Shown here: positions 59,467-64,000 of the stretch, piece by piece
Position numbering within the stretch: the stretch's first letter is position 1
How the letters are laid out: each line of letters opens with the position of its first letter
From: an uncultured cyanobacterium
Lineage (GTDB): Bacteria; Cyanobacteriota; Cyanobacteriia; Phormidesmidales; Phormidesmidaceae
Length of the DNA stretch: 64,000 nt
Direction of reading: 5' to 3'
Assembly (NCBI GenBank): GCA_963793265.1
Contig: CAWBZI010000006.1
Location: forward strand, 928,001-992,000
The notes under the pieces: generated by a model
What the model was told of the DNA's origin: nothing
What the model saw: the letters and a program-made list of their open reading frames with translations, nothing else
Database searches by the model: none
Position numbers and translations under genes: made by a program

Positions 59467-61257
59467 GTGCAGCCGGTCGATTTTACAACTCTCACGGCGG
59501 TCAGCGCTGATTTGCGATCACGCTGGCTTCCGGCGAGGTGCGAGCAGGTATACCAGCGCGACCCCTACACGCTCTTCATCGCTCTAAGAACGCTAGATTC
59601 ACGCGGCTGGCTGGCCATATCCTGGCATCCTCAAGCGGCCCGACTCCACATGGCCGAACCACCGCCAAAGCAGCCCGACACCTTCACCTTCTCCCAACAG
59701 CTCAAGCACCAGCTCGGCGGCTTAGCGCTCACGCACATTGCCACCGTCGCCCCCTGGGAGAGAGTTCTCGATCTTCAGTTCGCCCGCCGCCCCGACGAGC
59801 CTGCCCTATGGCATTTATATGTCGAAATTATGGGCAAATACAGCAACGTCATTTTAGCCACCGCAGATAACCAGATCGTGACGGCGGCTCATCAGGTCAG
59901 CGAGCAACAGTCAAGCGTTCGCCCCATTCAAACCGGCAAACCCTATGCCTATCCGCCCGCTATTCGTGGCAAGTTGCCGCAAATAGCAGAGCCGTTTGAA
60001 GACTGGCAGGAGCGTGTAGCCCTGATTCCTGGCGCGCTTAAGAAAATGCTGGTGAAGACGCATAGTGGTGTGAGTTCTGCGATCGCTAGCCAGCTCATCG
60101 TGGCTGCTCAGCTACCCTCAGGCGCTTTGACCACCGAACTTTCTGATAATGACTGGCGCACTCTCTTCAAACGCTGGCAGTTTTGGCTACACAGTCTAAA
60201 AGACGAAACCTTCACCCCCGGCTGGCAAGACAAAAGCTTCAGCAGCTACACCGTTTTAGGCATCGGTATAGAGAAGCCTGCTGACAACGTTCAAACACTG
60301 CTAGACGAGTATTACCGCCATCAGTTCAATCAAGAGGAGTTCCGCCGCCTGCACAACCGTATCAGCCAAAGGCTCAAAACGCTGCTCGCCAAGTTCCGGC
60401 AAAAAGCAAGTACCTTCTCTAAGCGACTAGATCAATCTGAGCAATCTGAGCGCTACCGGCAAAAAGCAGATCTGCTAATGGCCAATCTGCACCAGTGGAA
60501 AATCGGGATGTCTCAAATTGAGCTGGCCGACTTTGAAACAGGCGAGCCCGTTGTATTGCCACTAAATCCTGAGAAAAATGCGGTACAAAACGCGCAGGCG
60601 CTCTACAAACAAAGTCAGAAGCTAAAGCGGGCTAGAGCCGCCGTGATGCCTTTGCTGGCGGCAGTGAATGCCGAAATTAGCTATTTAGAGCAGGTAGAAG
60701 ATAGTTTGCAGCAGGTACCGGCTTATGAGGTGGAGGCTGATTTGCGATCGCTCGAAGAAACCCGCAGCGAACTCATCGCCCAAAGCTACCTGCGAGACAC
60801 CACTGGCTATCAGGCCGAAACCTCCTCCAACAAATCCGCCAAAAACCAATCTGGGCGAGGCAAAGGCAGCGTCAACTTCCGCCAGTTCAAAACGCCTCAG
60901 GGCTTTGACCTACTCATCGGTCGCAACAACAGCCAAAACGAACAGCTCACCTTCAAACAGGCCAGTGACTACGACCTGTGGTTTCACGCTCAAGAAATTC
61001 CCGGCAGTCATGTTTTATTACGCCTTGACGCTGGAGACACTCCCAGCGACGACACGCTTAATCTCGCTGCGAGCTTTGCCGCGTACTACAGCAGAGCCCA
61101 GCAGTCTGAGCAGGTGCCGGTTGTCTACACCGAGCCCAAGCACGTGTACAAGCCTAAAGGGGCCCTACCTGGCATGGTGATTTACAAGCACGAGCGAATT
61201 CTATGGGGGCAGCCGCAGCGGGTTCAGGGGCTAGTTGAGCGATCGCTAGAAAACTAA
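59467..61257 (+). CDS. rqcH: NFACT-family ribosome quality control protein (RqcH/FbpA)
   Basis: MQPVDFTTL, WERV, EIMGKYSN, NAQ.LYK..QKLKR, GRNN.QN, DLWFH.QEIPGSHV, YKPKGA.PGMV.Y. Confidence 0.9.
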   Translation: MQPVDFTTLTAVSADLRSRWLPARCEQVYQRDPYTLFIALRTLDSRGWLAISWHPQAARLHMAEPPPKQPDTFTFSQQLKHQLGGLALTHIATVAPWERVLDLQFARRPDEPALWHLYVEIMGKYSNVILATADNQIVTAAHQVSEQQSSVRPIQTGKPYAYPPAIRGKLPQIAEPFEDWQERVALIPGALKKMLVKTHSGVSSAIASQLIVAAQLPSGALTTELSDNDWRTLFKRWQFWLHSLKDETFTPGWQDKSFSSYTVLGIGIEKPADNVQTLLDEYYRHQFNQEEFRRLHNRISQRLKTLLAKFRQKASTFSKRLDQSEQSERYRQKADLLMANLHQWKIGMSQIELADFETGEPVVLPLNPEKNAVQNAQALYKQSQKLKRARAAVMPLLAAVNAEISYLEQVEDSLQQVPAYEVEADLRSLEETRSELIAQSYLRDTTGYQAETSSNKSAKNQSGRGKGSVNFRQFKTPQGFDLLIGRNNSQNEQLTFKQASDYDLWFHAQEIPGSHVLLRLDAGDTPSDDTLNLAASFAAYYSRAQQSEQVPVVYTEPKHVYKPKGALPGMVIYKHERILWGQPQRVQGLVERSLEN

Positions 61258-61320
61258 ATTCAAAAAATCGTCAGGGACATTGTTTTATGATTGATATTGG
61301 TCAATAAAACCAGGAACAGA

Positions 61321-62349
61321 ATGCGGCCCCTCAGCATTGCGCCCATGATGGATCGAACCGATCGTCACTATCGGTACTTCATGCGGCAAATTACTCGGCG
61401 AACGTTGCTCTACACCGAGATGGTTACCAGCATGGCCATTCGCTACGGTAATTTAGAAAAGCTTGTGGGCTTTAGCGCCGAGGAAAATCCTTTGGTACTG
61501 CAAGTGGGCGGCGACGATCCTAAAATGCTGGCGCACTGCGCCCGTGTCGCTGCTGAGTTTGGCTATAGCGAAATTAACTTGAATGTGGGGTGTCCGAGCG
61601 ATCGCGTTCAAAGTGGTAACTTCGGTGCGTGCCTGATGGCCCAACCCCAACTCGTAGCCGATTGCGTCGCTGCAATGATGGCCGCTTCAAGCCTGCCCGT
61701 GAGCGTCAAGCATCGCATCGGCATTGATGATCTTGACGGCTACGAAGACATGGCACGCTTTGTCGAAGTCGTCTCATCAGCGGGGTGTAACCGATTTAGC
61801 GTTCACGCTCGCAAGGCTTGGCTACAGGGTCTTAGCCCCAAAGACAATCGCACCGTTCCACCGCTCCGCTACAGCGACGTTTACCAGCTCAAGCAAGACT
61901 TTCCACAGCTTCAAATTGAGATTAACGGTGGCTTCAAAAATCTCGATCAGGCCAAAGCCCAGCTAGCGCATGTAGACGCCGTGATGATTGGCCGCGCAGC
62001 CTACGACAATCCCTACCTATTTGCGAGCGCCGACCGAGATATATTTGGCGATACGGCCCTACCACAGAGCCGCCACCAAGTTGTGCAGGCAATGCTGCCC
62101 TACATTGAGCGAACAGTTCACCAAGGCACTAGGCTACACAGCATCACGCGCCATATGCTGCACTTATTTCATGGTCAGCCGGGTAGCCGTATCTGGAAAC
62201 GCACTATCACTGAGCAAGCCTCGCAGCCGGGAGCAGGCGCGCAGGTCGTCGTCGACGCTTTAGCGCAGGTTAGTACAGCCGCCGACTTAGCTTTACATCA
62301 TCAGCAAAACGCAGATAGCACAGTGCTTGCAAAAGTAGACTCACGCTAG
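61321..62349 (+). CDS. dusA: tRNA-dihydrouridine(20/20a) synthase
   Basis: SIAPMMD.TD.H.R, NLNVGCPS.RVQ.G.FGA.LM, VHARKAWLQGLSPK.NR.VPPL.Y, INGG, MIGRAAY; ATG 61321. Confidence 0.93.
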   Translation: MRPLSIAPMMDRTDRHYRYFMRQITRRTLLYTEMVTSMAIRYGNLEKLVGFSAEENPLVLQVGGDDPKMLAHCARVAAEFGYSEINLNVGCPSDRVQSGNFGACLMAQPQLVADCVAAMMAASSLPVSVKHRIGIDDLDGYEDMARFVEVVSSAGCNRFSVHARKAWLQGLSPKDNRTVPPLRYSDVYQLKQDFPQLQIEINGGFKNLDQAKAQLAHVDAVMIGRAAYDNPYLFASADRDIFGDTALPQSRHQVVQAMLPYIERTVHQGTRLHSITRHMLHLFHGQPGSRIWKRTITEQASQPGAGAQVVVDALAQVSTAADLALHHQQNADSTVLAKVDSR

Positions 62350-62475
62350 CGATATATTTTCAGAAAATTAGGTTTAATCATCTACAGATTCCCGTTTATT
62401 TGACGGGCACTTTGGGAAAGAACAGGCGGTACATGCCGTACAGCCGGAAGCGCGAGCCTAAGGAGAATCTAATTT

Positions 62476-63075
62476 ATGTCTATCGCAGGAATAGTACTGC
62501 TGATATCAATCACCATCATTGTGTTGGCGGTTTCGGTGGTGTGGAGAAGCTACAACCGACTGGTTACACTCCGTAATCGCTACCAAAATGCTTACTCACA
62601 AATCGACGTACAGCTACAGCGACGCTACGACCTGATTCCTAACTTAGTCGAGACTGCCAAGGGCTATATGGCTCACGAGCGCGAAACGTTAGAAGGCGTA
62701 ATTGCCGCGCGCAATCATGCTTTTAGCGCAGCTAGAGGCGCAGCGGCAGCACCCGGCAATCCTCAGGCAATGCAGCAGTCTGCTGAAGCTGAAGCGGGCC
62801 TGACCGGAATGCTAGGTCGGCTCATGGTGCTGACCGAGGCTTACCCCGACTTAAATGCCGATCAGTCTATGCAGACGGTCACCGAAGAGCTGCGCGTTAC
62901 TGAAAACAAGGTTTCGTTTGCGCGTCAGGCTTTTAACGATGAGGTGATGCTTTACAACACCAGCCGCGAAGTTTTTCCGAACAACATGATTTCTGGAGCC
63001 TTCAATTTCTCGCCTGCTGAGCTGTGGGCAGAGATGACGTTAGACGCTCGTCAGGCTCCTAGAGTCGCGTTCTAA
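62476..63075 (+). CDS. lemA: LemA-family protein
   Basis: N-terminal TM, YN.LV.LRN, SQIDVQLQRRYDLIPNLVE, EAYPDL.A, FP.N; AAGGAG RBS. Confidence 0.92.
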   Translation: MSIAGIVLLISITIIVLAVSVVWRSYNRLVTLRNRYQNAYSQIDVQLQRRYDLIPNLVETAKGYMAHERETLEGVIAARNHAFSAARGAAAAPGNPQAMQQSAEAEAGLTGMLGRLMVLTEAYPDLNADQSMQTVTEELRVTENKVSFARQAFNDEVMLYNTSREVFPNNMISGAFNFSPAELWAEMTLDARQAPRVAF

Positions 63076-64000
63076 ATGAAAAACTTTTTTGAGCATCAGG
63101 CTAGAGCTAAGCAAACGACTCATTATTTGCTCTTTTTGTTTAGCTGTGCGATCACCAGCACGATTGCGGCCTTTTACGTCACCATCATCACCATTGCCGT
63201 TCGTCAAAACGTGGTGTCCTCGATCTGGCAACCGCTATGGCTTTTGGGCACAGCGATCTGGGTCTGTCTTATCATCGGCTTTGGTAGCGCCTATAAAATG
63301 AACTCGCTACGAGGTGGCGGTGCGGTCGTAGCCCAAAGTTTAGGCGGACAGCTCATCAGTCAGCATATGGCTGACGGGCAAGAGCGCCAGTTGCTTAACG
63401 TGGTAGAAGAAATGGCGATCGCATCAGGCATCGCCGTTCCAGACGTATACCTCCTTCCCGAAGCTAGCATCAACGCCTTCGCCGCTGGCCTCACACCCAA
63501 CCGCGCCGTCATCGGCGTGACGCGTGGAGCCCTGAGCAAGCTTAATCGCGACCAGCTACAGGGCGTGATCGGTCATGAATTTAGCCATATCGTCAATGGA
63601 GATATGGCACTCAACCTCAAGCTGATGGGGTTAATACACGGCCTACTGCTGATTCACTTAGGCGGCAGAGAGATGGCGTTTAACGGGCATCGCCGCTCGG
63701 CTTTCTCAGATCGAGACGGCAACCAATTTGCCTGGTTGGCCTTTGCTTTTGCCATGATGATAATTGGCGGCATCGGCTGGATATTTGGGCAGCTCATCAA
63801 AAGCGCGATTTCTCGACAGCGTGAGTTTTTAGCGGACGCTTCTGCGGTTCAATTTACACGTAACCCTGAGGGCATTGCTGACGCGCTTAGATGCATCGCC
63901 CAACAGTCTCATCAATCTCGAATATCTTCGGCAGCGGCTGAATCCGCCAGTCATTTATTTTTCAACAACGTCTCTTTCATCGGCTCAATTGCCACAGTCT
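63076..64000 (+). CDS. M48-family zinc metalloprotease (HtpX-like), truncated by the window end
   Basis: Not in ORF track. ATG directly after the lemA TAA: MKNFFEHQARAK...NVVEEMAIASG...INAFAAG...LQGVIGHEFSH...ISRQREFLADASAV; open to the end of the window. Confidence 0.9.
   Translation, partial: MKNFFEHQARAKQTTHYLLFLFSCAITSTIAAFYVTIITIAVRQNVVSSIWQPLWLLGTAIWVCLIIGFGSAYKMNSLRGGGAVVAQSLGGQLISQHMADGQERQLLNVVEEMAIASGIAVPDVYLLPEASINAFAAGLTPNRAVIGVTRGALSKLNRDQLQGVIGHEFSHIVNGDMALNLKLMGLIHGLLLIHLGGREMAFNGHRRSAFSDRDGNQFAWLAFAFAMMIIGGIGWIFGQLIKSAISRQREFLADASAVQFTRNPEGIADALRCIAQQSHQSRISSAAAESASHLFFNNVSFIGSIATV

Larger units (their letters stand above)
384..63422. repeat. Dispersed HIP1 octamer GCGATCGC (many copies)
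   Basis: Seen throughout, e.g. 384-391, 905-912, 3366-3373, and densely in many CDSs; not counted exactly. Confidence 0.92.

Noticed and set aside
63089..63301. 70-aa ORF after lemA
   Set aside because: Out-of-frame shadow of the real M48 protease starting at 63076, which the track omitted, presumably because it has no stop within the window

Overview
This is a 64 kb stretch of cyanobacterial chromosome. The assignment rests on apcF, petG, cytM, btpA, tic20, the rimO-crhR pair and abundant HIP1 octamers (GCGATCGC). A Leptolyngbyaceae-like host is my impression from protein style only. Most of the window is core housekeeping: glnN, rpsF, ugd, lepA, tyrA, recA, xseAB, murE, cysH, sufE, remA, rqcH, dusA and lemA-htpX. 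I saw no rRNA, tRNA, CRISPR array, transposase or integrase. The best candidate for an undescribed system is a three-gene unit at 18.3-24.1 kb: a small unknown protein, a wHTH-STAND(AAA_35) ATPase, and a STAND(AAA_35)-transmembrane-14xWD40 protein, which together resemble a split, membrane-spanning NLR sensor/effector pair. Other notable items: a 59-aa small protein missed by the ORF track (10893-11072, minus), a secreted His-Cys clan CD protease, a histidine kinase lacking its canonical phospho-His, a degenerate DinG-like protein, a GS type III gene with an exact NtcA promoter in the slot usually held by glnA, an S6:S18-like leader RNA, an AT-rich higBA insertion with a 12-bp operator palindrome, and many short tandem duplications. 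All family calls come from motif recognition by eye; no searches were run.
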